DNA of 62,119 bases, the filler included, from Choristocarpus tenellus KU-1152 (lineage: Eukaryota > Protista > Phaeophyceae), in assembly GCA_964200185.2 (NCBI GenBank). It is 10 parts of 10 records of this genome, joined end to end, with 100 filler letters (N's around TTAATTAATTAA, not from the genome) between each part and the next. Parts side by side here need not be neighbours in the genome. Positions count along the whole stretch, not along the records: positions 1 to 3,405 come from CAXNAD020020259.1; positions 3,506 to 13,087 come from CAXNAD020003558.1; 8 more parts are not named here. One strand, written 5' to 3'. Within the stretch, counting starts at the first letter, position 1. Each line of letters opens with the position of its first letter. A model generated the notes under the pieces. That model did not search any database, had not been told where the DNA came from, and was given only the letters and a program-made list of their open reading frames with translations. The position numbers and the translations under genes were made by a program. This document shows positions 1 to 13,087 of this stretch, piece by piece.

Positions 1-301
1 CTCTTAGATCAAACAATACAATATCACCTGGTTTCTTGTTTAAGGATAGTTCCTCCTAACTTTTAGTTTGAATAAATCCAAACACCAATCCTTAAGTGAC
101 ATTGGTGTTGTTGGCCTTACTTGGACAACCGCACAGAAAACATGCAGATCAAGGCTTTCACCGAAGTGTGAAGTGATCAAGGCATATCTACAGGTGGTAC
201 TGGGTTCCTTTAAGAGGCAAGTTCCGCCTCTTTCTGCACACCAGTGCAAGGGTCAATTTCTTGAGTAGTGGAGGCCAGACCATCTTGCGCTTTGCCAAAA
301 A

Positions 302-1633
302 ATGCCCTCCTCGGTGAAGATAAAGGTCATAGAAGCGAGAGACCTGCCGGAGATGGACAGAAATGTGAGGGGAGACTTCTACACCGATGCCTACGTCGAC
401 ATCAAGTTCCGCAATTACGAGCAGGTGTGTTGGGCTTGCACTATCTAATTTTGACAGGCAAACGAGCAGTCGAGTGATTTCACTCTTCCCTACTCCGCAC
501 TGGTGCCATACCACTGACAGTAGAGGGAGCGTTCTATCTTATCTTCTCGTCGAGTTAAGGCATCGCGTTGCTAGCCTGTATGTAGGGAATATCGAGGATG
601 TGCAGTTCTCTTAGGTAAGTATTGCATTTTTTGGTCCTATTTGTACCCTTCCGCCAGGCCTGTTTCAAGACATACTCTTTTGTGGGGTGGGCAACCTCAT
701 CCATCCACGGATTTTTTTGACATGAAATGCGTGGGGTGAAGTACCCTGTCCCCTCCTTTGAGCTAGACTCGGGTCCCTGTGAGGGCTTTTGATGAGTGAG
801 CAAAGTGAAAAGATGGCCCTTGCGGATATTTCACTCGTGGTTTCTTGGCGTGCAGTAAAACTTGGAAGCACAATAACCCCAACTGCTATTGAGCTCAGTG
901 CTTTGGTAATTGTTTTTCATTGCATACTCTCCCTCGGTCGCACCAGCCACATGCATCATGCAACACGCTGCATATATTTTGATTATCTCAATAGCCGAAC
1001 CTAGCATCCAACCACAGCTGCAACTAGGTCACTTGCGTCGGTTGGTTAAATGTGCGTGTTTTGTGCAATTCCCCTGGAGCAGAGGACGAACATATCCCGA
1101 AAGACTCTCAATCCGGTTTGGAACGAGGAGTTCAAGTTCGAGGTGGCGGACGATTCGGTACTCCAGAATGAACCCATAGAGTTCAAGGTGAGAAATGTTG
1201 ACGAGATAAATGCAAGTAGGAAGTACTCTGTTCTGCACACCTTCAACATAAACTATTGGTAAATCAACTATAGCCGCGAAAATTGATCCGAGCCAGTCAA
1301 TAGGCAGGAAAATGTAGTAGGTGCAAATATGTCGTCTTCCAAGGACTGTGCAGGACCTGTAGTACTGCCATGTCCTCCTCTGTCCTTGGTTCCTATGAGG
1401 GAGGTGGTACTAAATGACACATCTCCCTTCCTTGCTTCGCATCCTGAAAATAGGTGATGGATCACGACGTGTACACCACTGATGACACCATAGGCCAAGT
1501 TTATGTAGACCTGAGCCCCCTGCTGATGCGAACTGCTCATGACCAAGACACAAAGGACCTGGTGATCCAGGGGTGGCTCCCTATCTATGATACTCTCCGG
1601 GGGGTAAGGGGGGCATTATATCTTGCCATTAAG
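302..1633 (+). CDS. C2CD5: C2 domain-containing protein 5 (KIAA0528-like), first three exons 302-424, 1083-1187, 1454-1633; 3' end not found on this contig
   Basis: Phase-0 GT-AG introns join MPSSVKIKVIEARDLPEMDRNVRGDFYTDAYVDIKFRNYEQ / RTNISRKTLNPVWNEEFKFEVADDSVLQNEPIEFK / VMDHDVYTTDDTIGQVYVDLSPLL...VIQGWLPIYDTLRGVRGALYLAIK. This matches the C2CD5 N-terminal C2 domain, including GW.PIYDT..G.RG. Confidence 0.9.
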
Positions 1634-2739
1634 GTAAGGACCAAAACGATCACCATTCTATGCAACTCCCTACAACAGTCCCCTGTCTCACACTTTTTGA
1701 TTCAAAGCTGGGAAGGGCAGCCCTTCATATCATGACTGGCCTGGAAGGTTGGAGGGTTTGCAAGTGGGCGGGATAGGTACCCCCTATTTTAGTTGTCTCC
1801 TGGGCATTCTGTTGTTGTGAAGCTTCTCTTTTAACGTTCCTGAGCCATGCGGTCAAAGGAGAGTGGTCTTTCGGCATTGTCCCCACAGGTAAACTCAAAG
1901 CCTGGTGTGACCTTGGAAGGCTTGTGCTGTACAGAGTAGTGTGCTTTCCTAGGGTACGAGATTAGGCCTGGAGCCGTTTAATTTCAGCAAACAATCTTGA
2001 TGTATGTTTTAATCCATTTACCTCTTTGCCTTTGAGTGTGCTGGTGCAAAAGTCACTTGGTACCTGTTACTTGGTACCTGTTCACTGATTTGCGTTTACT
2101 TTTTATTTGTGCAGTACCAAATGAAGATGTATGTCTCTGGACTTTGTTAGTGAACCTCACCGCTGTGGATGACTCTGTTGTATATCGGTACATAATATAT
2201 GCCTTCCTTTGCTGACCAAGGCGAGAAACCCAATTTTTTCATCATCAGCAATCACAATTGTTACAATCAAACCCAGCACAGCGTGTTTGCACACATGAAA
2301 ATAAAATAAATAAATATTCACGCCATCCAAGGTAAATCAAATCAGACGGAATCGAATCAGGGCAGTTGGAAAGCGCTGCTGGCTGGCTTGAACATGCTGA
2401 GATGAGCACCATAATGTAGGGGGTGACACGAGTGGGAAGGACAAACGAAGTAGTTGGCGATACATTGTGTTACACTTAGTCATGCGTGATAGCAAAGAGA
2501 TGCTGAGAGTTTGCTTGGTAGTCCCTTAGGTCGCGCATAGAGTTGGAACCACTGAAGTAGACAGGGCTCCAGTATGCGCCAACTTCCTCAAGACCCCTGA
2601 AGTGGGGGATTGGAAACGCTGTACTGGGTGTACCGAGGACCTTCTGCAGGACAAAGCTAGCCCTAACCCTACGTAACTGTCAAAGCGGTTCCTTCTGCAG
2701 TGACAAGCACCACCGACCGTGGTGCATCTGAAAGTATCG

Positions 2740-2783
2740 TATCATATGAGTATCATATGAGTATCATATGAGTATCATATGAG
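2740..2783. repeat. Tandem repeat (TATCATATGAG)x4
   Basis: Four exact 11-bp units, each containing the palindrome TCATATGA. Confidence 0.95.
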
Positions 2784-2890
2784 GCCACGTGAATGCGAAA
2801 TGACTGGTCCGGGGGCTAGACCAGGTTCAACATTTTTTTTAATTGTCTGGATCTGGGCTGTCGGAAATTGTGAGCAGACTGGCCCGGGGG

Positions 2891-2986
2891 TTGGACCGGT
2901 TCCAGTACTTCTGACGTTTTTGGACCGGTTCCGATACTTCTGACGTGTTTGGAACAGTTCCAGCACTTCTGACGTGTTTGGACCAG
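2891..2986. repeat. ~29-bp tandem repeat x3 (TTGGACCGGTTCCAGTACTTCTGACGTGT-like)
   Basis: Three imperfect units read directly from the sequence. Confidence 0.85.
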
Positions 2987-3122
2987 GGACGTCAGAGATT
3001 GTACCTGAACCAGGCTGCGGGGTTCCAATGCTGTATTTACAGTTTTTTTGGGTGGGGGGGGTGGAGGGGAGGGAGGATACTAATTTCATGGAGGCATGTG
3101 TCCTCGAGCGTTTGGTGTGTTG

Positions 3123-3201
3123 GTCTTGAATAGCATCATGTCTTGAATAGCTTCAAGTCTTGAATAGCTTCAAGTCTTGAATAGCTTCAAGTCTTCAATA
3201 G
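3123..3201. repeat. 17-bp tandem repeat (GTCTTGAATAGCTTCAA) x~4.5
   Basis: Seen directly; the unit contains the inverted pair TTGAA...TTCAA. Confidence 0.9.
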
Positions 3202-3405
3202 TACATAGAGATTACAGTCAGCAGGTAACAGTGTATGGATAATACCAGCATCTCAAAACCAATTGAAGATAAATATTTCTTGGATATGTTTGTACTGTAT
3301 ATGTATGTAACCAATTCCCTTCCACTTCGCTTCCACAGTCTCTTTTCAGTTTCATCCACCCCCAAGAGCTCAGTCGTCTGACACTTGTTACCGTTTCCAA
3401 CTCCC

Positions 3406-3505
3406 NNNNNNNNNNNNNNNNNNNNNNNNNNNNNNNNNNNNNNNNNNNNTTAATTAATTAANNNNNNNNNNNNNNNNNNNNNNNNNNNNNNNNNNNNNNN
3501 NNNNN
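3406..3505. other. Artificial contig spacer (44 N + TTAATTAATTAA + 44 N); also at 13088-13187, 17686-17785, 22219-22318, 44335-44434, 48296-48395, 51403-51502, 54374-54473, 58599-58698
   Basis: Nine identical 100-bp blocks; TTAATTAATTAA gives stops in all six frames. Confidence 0.98.
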
Positions 3506-3949
3506 GTGGGATGTGCTGGGCGGGGGGTTCTGTTTCTACCCGTGCAAGAATTAGTGATCGAGCTAAGCATACACGTAGTTGTGGGGTCTATGCGAGCAAG
3601 TTTGACCTTTTTAATGTAGGTAAGAGGGATATTCGAATCCCCGATTTCCGATTCCCGGTTCGTCTTGGTCCGTCTGGTCCGTTTTGCCAGGTGATTCTCT
3701 TCACCACCCTTGGTTGGGTGAATCACGCCGACACAGATCACACGATTCATACTACTACTCCTAATAATATTGATATTATCGACGTCCTCACAACTCGGGA
3801 GTTGGCAGAAATCATAAGTAAAACAATCAAGTCATATTCTGGGGCAATCATTCCCCTCAAAGCGAAAAAAATGTCCGAAATAAAAAAACTAGTGATTGTT
3901 GGGTGTAAGGAATCACCAAATCCAGAAATCAACACAAATTTATAACCGG

Positions 3950-4700
3950 TCAACGAAGTAGGGTGGGGGGTTTGAAGACTGAAGGGATGAAGGATGAGTG
4001 TTGTTCTGGTTTGGAATCAGGTAGTTGGATGGATGTGGAGAGTTCTTATATAATATTGTGCTATGTGAAAATGGGTTATTTATAACAACGTCAGTTGATT
4101 GTTGGGTAATAGGAGGGTAGTAGCTAGGGACAGGGTTTGAAGGGGAGGGAGGGTTTTAGTTTCAAATATCCAACTGTTTAAAGGGTAGTGACACCATCCT
4201 TTACATGGATCTCACACTTTTTTGAAAAAAAATTATAACCCACCCCATAACTACAACAACTGATACCGCACAAACAAAGGGTATGGGTGATGGAATGACA
4301 ATGAGAAGAAACCTTCCTCAAAAAAGAGAGATCTTTGTGGCTGATCACATCCTTGTCACGGATGCTGAAAGCCATGGGTACATATTATAGAGTCAGTTGA
4401 TTGAATACGAGCCCAAACAAACATACTATCAAACTTGAGTATAAAGTTGGTTTCCTTAACAGTAAAAGCCTTCCTATGTTTGTAATATATTTCCGTTGAT
4501 TGGTTTCTTTAAGTGGGAGAAACATTTGTGGCATTCTCAGCAACAGTAGTAGTGTCCTTACTATCGGTCCCTTTCTTCCCACCTTTCCCAATTCATTGCA
4601 GGTAAGGGTGGGATGGATCTTAGGGTTGATCCCACTGGTGGATAGTAGGCTCATTTCTACCTGGAGACACCTGCATCAGTCAACTTCAACCCTACCAATC
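3950..4700 (-). mobile_element. Highly decayed Penelope-like retroelement remnant (RT C-terminal region)
   Basis: Broken minus-strand peptides (FSLSFHHPYP, KGWCHYPL) resemble the YLP..S.HP / RGYP motifs after PLE reverse transcriptases; many stops. Confidence 0.3.
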
Positions 4701-4828
4701 TGAGAGGGCTTATTTGTCCCTAGTACAGTCTGTGGTTCACGACATCTACAACGAGGTCACACTTCCCTTTCCTGTTGTGCGTGCTATTATCTTTCTATCC
4801 CGTACCCACATTGTGCAGAAATCTTGCC

Positions 4829-5762
4829 ATGGGCCCCCTTCGAGCTAGTCACATCCTAGTCAAGCATATGGGCTCGCGCAGAACAGCTTCCTGGAAGGAC
4901 CCTGATGGTATTCACATCAAAAGTCGATCAAAGGTTCGTTACACAACTTCAAACTCTGGAAGATGCGTGCCAATCTTGAGTGCGGACCATATATTGAAAT
5001 CTAGCAACCGATCTCTTCGTCTCTACTCCTTGCTTGTTTGCAATTGTAGGTTAAATAAAGAGTGGAGACTGAACTCTTTGAAAGATACAAGTGGTATCGT
5101 CCAATAGCCCCCCTGCCTCTTTTATGCCCACATTTTGGGTGTTGACTCTATTCATTATACCATCTGTCCTGTTCTCCATCAACTTTTTTCGCTCTCCTTG
5201 AAATAGGAGGACGCGATTACAAAACTGCTGGAGCTAAGGACTCAAATCCGAAACTCTGATGACTTTGCCAATGTGGCTGCCCTCCACTCTGACTGTGGTT
5301 CGGCGCGATCGGGAGGGGATCTTGGTGTCTTCGAGTCTGGTCAGATGATGAAGGTCAGCCCTACAAACTGCAGTGCTGTGGTGGAAGAAAGTTGGGGACA
5401 GTATGGTAACTCTGCCATTATTGCGATCACACCTTTCTTGGGAAGGTGGTCACCGAATACACTCTCTGCCGTAGGTACTATTTTCTATATATTTAAGTCA
5501 ACAGAAGAGTAAAGTCTGTAATGACTCGGTTACTTGGTGCAGAGTCGGGCTATTTTCTTACAAATAAATTTATGTTATTTGTGGGTTTTTAATCAAAGGT
5601 TTACGCCAGCTTTGTTTTCCCACATTAACTGATCCTGTATGCCCTGTTTTCTTTCCTTCTGCTTAGCCTTTTGAAGATGCTACAAGAGCCCTTAGAAAGG
5701 GGGAGGTGTCTGGTGTGGTGGAGACTGAGAGTGGTGTTCACATCATCCTTCGGACAGGTTAA
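4829..5762 (+). CDS. PIN1: Pin1-type peptidyl-prolyl cis-trans isomerase (parvulin), single domain, 115 aa; exons 4829-4933, 5207-5353, 5667-5762
   Basis: [27 protein letters not shown]..., [29 protein letters not shown]...[14 protein letters not shown]. Phase-0 GT-AG introns; start in gccATGg context. Confidence 0.95.
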
Positions 5763-5899
5763 TATAGAGAAAAAAGTGAAGTGCAGGAGGCTCTTGGACC
5801 TATTGTTATGGACGTCTTAATGGAGAGATGACTGTGTTGGTAGCAGTGGTTGAAGGTCTGCTGAATTTTGTGACAAGTGAACATATGTAGGTGTAGACA

Positions 5900-8800
5900 T
5901 CCGAATCACATTCTATCATACTTTAATTCCCTTACCTGCGGTGTTGGAACCAGTGGGGCATTCATTTGCCAAAAAACTATCCAAGTTCATCAGTTCCAGT
6001 CAGTAGAGGATGAGCAGATGGCAGGATAGTGTGACAATATAGATTTGACTGTTGATGGTATACGAATGTCACATAGTACCATTAATGGTTACATAGTTGT
6101 TTTGCCGACCTGTAGATCAAATTGGTCGAACACTTTTTTTCTTTCCTTGTTGTTGGTGTCAAGGTGACAGTGGTGAATGAGCTATTGCTGTTTTTATGGA
6201 TAGGGTGCATTTCCTTCACTGTCCTAGTGGAATGAGTGTGAGAAAAGGCCCATTTTAATGCTGATTTTCTCACAAAGGAGGAATAAAGAGGTTGGTATGG
6301 TCATTCTTCTGTATTGATAGCAATGCCTCCCATCTTGAATAGTATTTTCCTTTCTTGACGGGTACCAGGATGGACAGGTAGAGAGGATTGCGGAAAACCT
6401 TTTGTTACAGTCTATGGATGAACAGGTACTGCGATTGAGACCGAACAGGTTGTTTTTGTGTAGTGGTTCATGTTTTGCTCTTGTATGCTGTCTTCTCTGT
6501 AGTGTCCTCTTTGGCAATCTTTACTTCCAGTGCATTCTTCCTTACCAGAGATTATGGTAAGTGTGACCTGGTACAATAGTGTCACTCTGGTTTTGTTGGC
6601 TTGTTCCATGCACAGTCCTCTCCTGAATTACTTGGGTGCCTTGACAGAATCAGGTCAGACGAAACGTTAATTTCAGTACCTCTGCTTCTTGTGTGGAGGG
6701 CTGGGTGTATCCATTGCATCGTCCCACTGAAGGCATGCAGGTGCCTATCATGAATTTGTAGAAATTCTATGTAGGGTACGATAATTTTTGCATCATTTCT
6801 ATTTGAACATGACAGAGGATAATCTGTTGTCTTATTGTTAGAAAAAACATGGTTTCAGTGGCATCAACAAATGAATAAAATGAAATGTGCTTGGAAAGTA
6901 TTAGTTTTTTTCTTCATGAAAAGCATTATCTATGCCATGGTAGCTGGTGATCTTGCTCAGACCTTCTCACTACTTTCCTTGCAATGACAAGAGTTGGATC
7001 AGTATGCTTTGAGCTCTGGATGTGCAGAGATGTCTTGGCTATTGGTATTTTGGAGATCCTGTTTTCTCCAGCAAAGAGAGGAATATAGTCCAGGCTCTCA
7101 AGTAGTCATTGCTGTGAGTCTTTTGTGATGTGTTGGTCTATGCCCCTCTCTCCCTATGAGAAAACTCTTTTAAGGGTCGCAAAACCTTTTAATTTGACAG
7201 AGATATTATTTGTATTCAAAGGATGCCTACATGTTCTGAGCATGTTATTGATTTGTGTGGCGAAATATGTATGCCAAAAAAGTGCATGCTTTGAAGTACA
7301 AACGTTAACCTTAAAGACACTGAACACCTTGTATTTGTCAAAATCAACCCTACACTTTCAAAGGCGTTGACGGATCAAATGCATACCATAGCAGTATCTC
7401 TGGCATTTGGTGATGGAGTCCTCTCTCGGCATCTGCTACAAAGTATTGAGCTTTCACTACTTGTCTAGAACAGAATCTTGGCCACAAAATCTGCAATGAA
7501 TAGTGGTCATCATACTGTAGAACTCTCTCTCACAGGTGTTTGCCGTTGGTTGTGGATATGATGTGTCTAATGCTTCAATGTGAGACACACTATGTGGACA
7601 TGTACACAATCCAGGAGCAGTGCACACAAAAACATTCCATCTTACAAAGGGGTAAAGTATAGACCTGGGTGGGTATGAGGGCAGAGTGAAAAACTAACTA
7701 GTGACATGTTCAAGTGAACCGATATCAAACATTGAAGGGCAAGAAGATGTCATGTCATGCTGATAAAGTAGGTACACGCAAAGGCTGGTAGCACAACATT
7801 GAGAAATCGTTTTGCTACTGAAGTAATCAGAGGTGAAGGTACATGGCAGTAAAAAATGGCCTGGTGGGTAGAGAATTTAGAGGACAAGGAAATCAGCAAC
7901 ACACACTGGGCAATAGATTAGGAATGATAATGTTAGAGATGCTGTGAGTAGATGCGAATCATATCTGCATGCAGTGTGCTTTTGAGCCATGAGGTCAAAC
8001 TGACTGACATTCCATCCACTCTCAAACACCACGTAGTTCTAATCAGATATCAACAGATACATACAACGGCTGCCCTCATTGACGATGTCAATAGTGCAAA
8101 TAGCTATACAGTGTTCCCCATGCTCTTCTTTCCCCTCTCAATTCTGCCACATGCTCCTGTCTCTCCATGGGCACAAGGGAGGGACACCTCACCCAACAAC
8201 CAGAATATTTGTCATGCTCCCTTGTGCTTTTGCCTCTGGGCAGACTTCATCAATGTCAGTCCAACAAATGTGGCCACCACTGTCACGAGGATGATGACAA
8301 GGATTGTTGGAATGGCAATGGCGTATTTTCGCGGCGGAAATAGCTCTTGCACAGGGTGCGAGGTGTCCACAAAGGGCTGCAAGTTGTTGGGAGTGCACCG
8401 GGACAGAGTTGTGGAAGGGACATGGGAGTCTTGGTGAATTTCTTGGCTAAGACATTGGCAACACTGGGCATGTGAATACTTTGCATGTGGGAGTTAGGCT
8501 GTCAACAGTTCTTCTTGGATTTCCTAAATTATAGCAAACAAGTAAGAACAACCAGATGCCACATAAAATCCTCTGAGAAGAAATAGAGATTTTTTGTCTA
8601 GTGAGTCCGATCCGATTGATGCAATGGTGGTAGTAGATATCTTACTTGTTGACATCTTTTCAAGTATAATGTTGATACTTGGGTGCCTGATCTGTGCAGA
8701 GCATCATTTCATGAGGGAGCACTTGTGTACCACATACTAGAATATTTCTACAGTCAATGCTGCATGCAGCCATAAAGTACACAGGCAAAAAACATGTACA

Positions 8801-9150
8801 TATTGGGAAGCTACTACTACACTCAAGCACAACAATGACACCGAATATCCTATCATGCAGACACCATTGGTACAGGGCGGAGCTTGTAAGCATACAGTAG
8901 TCATCCACATCTCCGGTTTAGAAGGTCGCAGATAAAATGATTTGGTCTAGTACTTGTTACACAATTGACCCAGTCTCAACTGGTTTCCAGGTGGGGATGC
9001 ATTAGAGCTTTAATTCTTGGGTAGTACACCCTACTACACCACCCCCAGTGTTTCCAGTGATGCCTACCCTTGCTCCTGGGTCATCCTCCACAGTCCTTTT
9101 GACCTGTTATGGTCCTGGTGCGGGGCGTCAAGTATCAAGCACTTGATCTC
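5900..9150 (-). mobile_element. Degenerate Ty3/Gypsy LTR retrotransposon pol remnant
   Basis: Fragmentary RT, RNase H and integrase-like peptides in Gypsy order on the minus strand; full of stops and CpG-depleted; boundaries approximate. Confidence 0.45.
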
Positions 9151-10228
9151 GATTCATCAAGTAGGTGAGACCCTGCTGGCTTGAGAACAACTTCTTACCA
9201 ATGTCAGCATGACGACTAAATTGCGGCTCGGGTGAAAAAATATACGTCAAAAGTAATCCCGGGTACAGTTGCCACTCCCATCAATAGCGATCAATGGAGA
9301 ACCAACCTAATAGTGCATTTGGTGGCAACTTCGCCTTTTTGCACTGCCGACGACCCCCCCTTTAGGTATTCCAGAACTCACCAAAACGATAACCCACAAT
9401 GTGTAGTACACGAAAATCGAGATGCTCAGCACAAACAAGCCCCCGCCAACTAGTTTGTCACTATTGACTGCCTGGTCTCACATATTTCGGAAAGGGACAT
9501 AACAAGTGTGTTGGCACAATTAGTGAGAAGTTGGATCATCCTTAAGTGCACAGACTGGTTTGAGAGATTAGTTTGGGCGATTATTGTTTCTCCATCCTGA
9601 GTTAATTGCCAACTTCTAGAACCGAAGGTCAGCACACCATATATCGACACAAATTTGTGTATTCGGCAAGAACTTGATAACATTTACTATCCATCTGCCA
9701 TGAAAAACTTCAGTCTTGGCAGGTTCTGGGTAACAACAAATGTAGACTCCGGCGCACAACACAGGGATCGTGGAAGGCTCAAACCGAAGCCAAAATTCAT
9801 ACTCTCACCATCTTCCTCCAAGAGATTCCCTTCAACCCTGCCTGTGCTTCTGTTCGTAGGATAAGTGTAGTCCTTTCACGTGTTGTGAGAAAGGAAGATG
9901 GGTGAGATGATACATACATATATATATTTCACATTTCAAAAATGAAGTTTGTAGTGCTTAGGAGGCCTGTTGCGCATTCGGGGTAGTCGTTAGGGATTTT
10001 TTCTCCAACATAGGATAGCCAGGGTTGTGGGAGGATGAGCACTTGAGCATATACGGTTCCGTGTCCAAGTAAGAGCTGTTTAGGGGATCTGCCGTCGCTG
10101 CGGTGAGTTAAAGAAATGCGCCACTTCACGGTGTCTGTCGAAACCGATATTTTGACGGTGGCATTCACAATTGGAACATCATGCACGATTTGATCTTCGT
10201 CCTCCCTCCTTTCCATAAATGACAGAAA

Positions 10229-13087
10229 ATGGATATAACGCAAGCCCAAGGGTTAGTGGAGCCAGCACTTGTCATCGAAGATGGGTGCCTGATGTCGTCT
10301 CCTCTTCGACGTCAGGCGGGAAGACGCCGGAACCGTCGTCGAAAGACTTTGAGCCCGTCGAAGGTTACCACATTCCTATCAGATGTGCGCATGACCGATG
10401 ACCCCATGAGTTTCCCTGATCCACCATCGGAGGGAGAGAGCTGGCCCTGCGCACAAAGAGGCTGCAATGGCCCTGAAGAAGAGGGTCCAATGGAATTACC
10501 TACTCAGATCAACGCCAATGTTGTGGGCCAGGGTGCACTCGAGTGTGAGACAGCCGGGCAGGTCTCTGTTGACCAAGGTTCCATAACAAGATCTCGAGTT
10601 CGGTTCCGTGAGAAAGATGTGTTCGCACCCGTTGTGAACCGCCAGTCATCAGGGGTGATTGATGTTGGGGATGGGAAGACATCAATACGTATTGCCAAAG
10701 ACAAACCGGTACGATCCATGTTGATGGAAACTGAGAACTGCCCCCCTGTGCCCAAGGCCGAAAGCAGCACACGACGACGGTCGAGGCCGGGAGCTGTTTT
10801 TGATGAGGATAATACCGCCAGACAGATAGAATCTGGAGACCCTAGAACACAACGGGAGGATAGAGAAACGAAGGACAAAGTCCGTGCGTCCCGGAGGTCC
10901 CGTCGAAGATCGCTTGTGATGCCATCAGAAAACAAGGATCTTGACCTCGGCATTGATGGTGGAGTGCATCTCGAGAACGAAAAACAGCAGAAAAACCCCC
11001 ATCCCACCGGGGAAGCTAGTTGTTCACGCAGTATAGATCACAGTTGGGGCATAGATAAACCTAGAAAGGACTTGGCAAAATTGATACGGGGGTACTGCAG
11101 GGAACCCAAAGACTCCCAGCGAGCACGTCGCATTGCTGCTCGGATTTTCGGTCTTACTGGATATCCACTGTTGCCAGATGCTGCGAGAGATGCCCAGATC
11201 CTGTGCTCTGCGGCTGGAGGGGATCAGGTGTGGGGTTTGGATGATGAGGAGCCAAACCTCACAGGTTGTCCGCCATCTGCTAGAACTCGGGCAGAAATGA
11301 AGAAACTCATTGTTCGGATTAAGGTATAAGTTGTGTGGAGCCCCATGAACTTCCTGACCACTGTAAATCGCCCATCAACAATATAATATACGGATGGTTT
11401 TTATGAATGATTGCCTACTTGCCTGCAGTGCATAAATGCTTTCTCGTTGGCTTCAAGCAGGAGAGAGGGATATGGGTGGGGGTAGATGTGTGTGATGCCA
11501 TCAGACGTGCGTAGCGTGGAAAGGCTCTGTGTTAACATTTTCACATAAACCAAGTCCTAAACCATTACCTGTTCACAACCTCCTTTGCTATCCGAACTAC
11601 GCCTTCCTGTTGCAGCCTGTGTTGCTGGAGATGGAAAAGGAAACCTCGAGAGAGAAACGGGAGACTGAGGAAGCCACAGGCATTGTGGGATGTAAGTCAA
11701 GCCAGGAGGGGTTCTGCTACAAGGATGCAAAGACCGGGGAACCAGTTAGCCATGAGGTGTACAAGGCACGGTACATGGCACACATTGAGACCCTTAGATT
11801 GGCCCGCCGGGCAGAATTCGCCAAGCTTCATGTGGTGGCCGAGGTCTCAGCCACAGGTGGGATCGGTGACAGTGTCATGGGAACGCAAAAGGAGATTGAC
11901 CCGAAGTTGACTTCTGCTTTGGATGGACATGGAACAACAGACGACTCAAAAAGTGGGGGTTTGGGGGTTGAGGAAAATCAGGACCACATGCTCAATGCGG
12001 TGCCTGTACAGGCATGTCCTGTTGCAGTTATGTTGGAAGCAGAGGCACCCCTGGGTGCGGAGTACACCGAGAGGTCTGAGCAGGCAGACACAGAACCTGG
12101 AAGGGCAAGAAGGTCTGTGACAAAGGTAGCAGAAGGAGGTGTCCAGGCAGGTGGATGTGGAAGTGCTCATGCATCAATACTGCTCACTGGCTCTGGAAGA
12201 GAAGTATCAGACCCTGTTAGTCTTATTGTGGATCCTGTGAGATCAAGTCCCCAATGCTGTGATCTAAAGTCTCCTGTTAGCAGCAAGGCTGACAAAGAAA
12301 CTCCCATGGCAGTATTGGAGACAATAACGCCTTACAGGGTGGAAGAGGGGCTGGTTCAAGTGTCTTTGCCACGACACCTAGCAGCAGAACCTGATGAAAG
12401 AGTTGACCAGCATATTCCCTTCCCCCCCATTGCTGCGAAGATGTCACCCCCATTACTCATGGTTGACCACCTCGGAGCAGGTGTTGAGGAAGATCAGGCG
12501 ACCCAGAAAAACTGCACTTCTGTGACAGATGAGGGGAATATGAACCTGGGTCACACAGGGTTGGTTGACTCTGAGGAGATTACTACTGATCCCCAACCAC
12601 CTAAGTCATGCAATGTGGATGTAGAGGAGGTGGCACCATTGGAGTCAAGTGCATGCACAACGAACATTAGCATTGAACTGGCGAAGGCAACAGAGGGACC
12701 GGTATCCCCAAGAACATGGACCAAGATTTCAGAGGAAATACCTCTTGGAGGAGAGACATTACTTGCTGGAGAGGACCTAGAGGCCACACTGGATGAAATG
12801 CAGAAACATGCTGAGTCTATCCTGTGGGATAAATGGGAGGCAGCGCTTGAAGCTTATAATGATGAGTTAGCCCGCATTAATACATGCCGTCAGGTATGTG
12901 TAAGGTTGATGCCTGCAGTCCCTCCTGGAGTACATGACTCAGTAAGCCCTGTAGAGGTTGTGAGGGAATGTGTTGTGGAGGTACCACCTGACTCCATCCC
13001 TTCTTCTGACTGGAACCCTTCGTTGGGAGCAGGGGAGTCTGAGCTTGCCCCTCTGTCCCCCATACCTTACGGAGATTTACGCCTTAC
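10229..13087 (+). CDS. Hypothetical protein (>850 aa, largely low-complexity); exon 10229-11323 and exon 11616 to contig end
   Basis: Two long ORFs joined by a phase-0 intron (AAG|GTATAA ... TTGCAG|CCT); no recognisable family. Confidence 0.75.
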
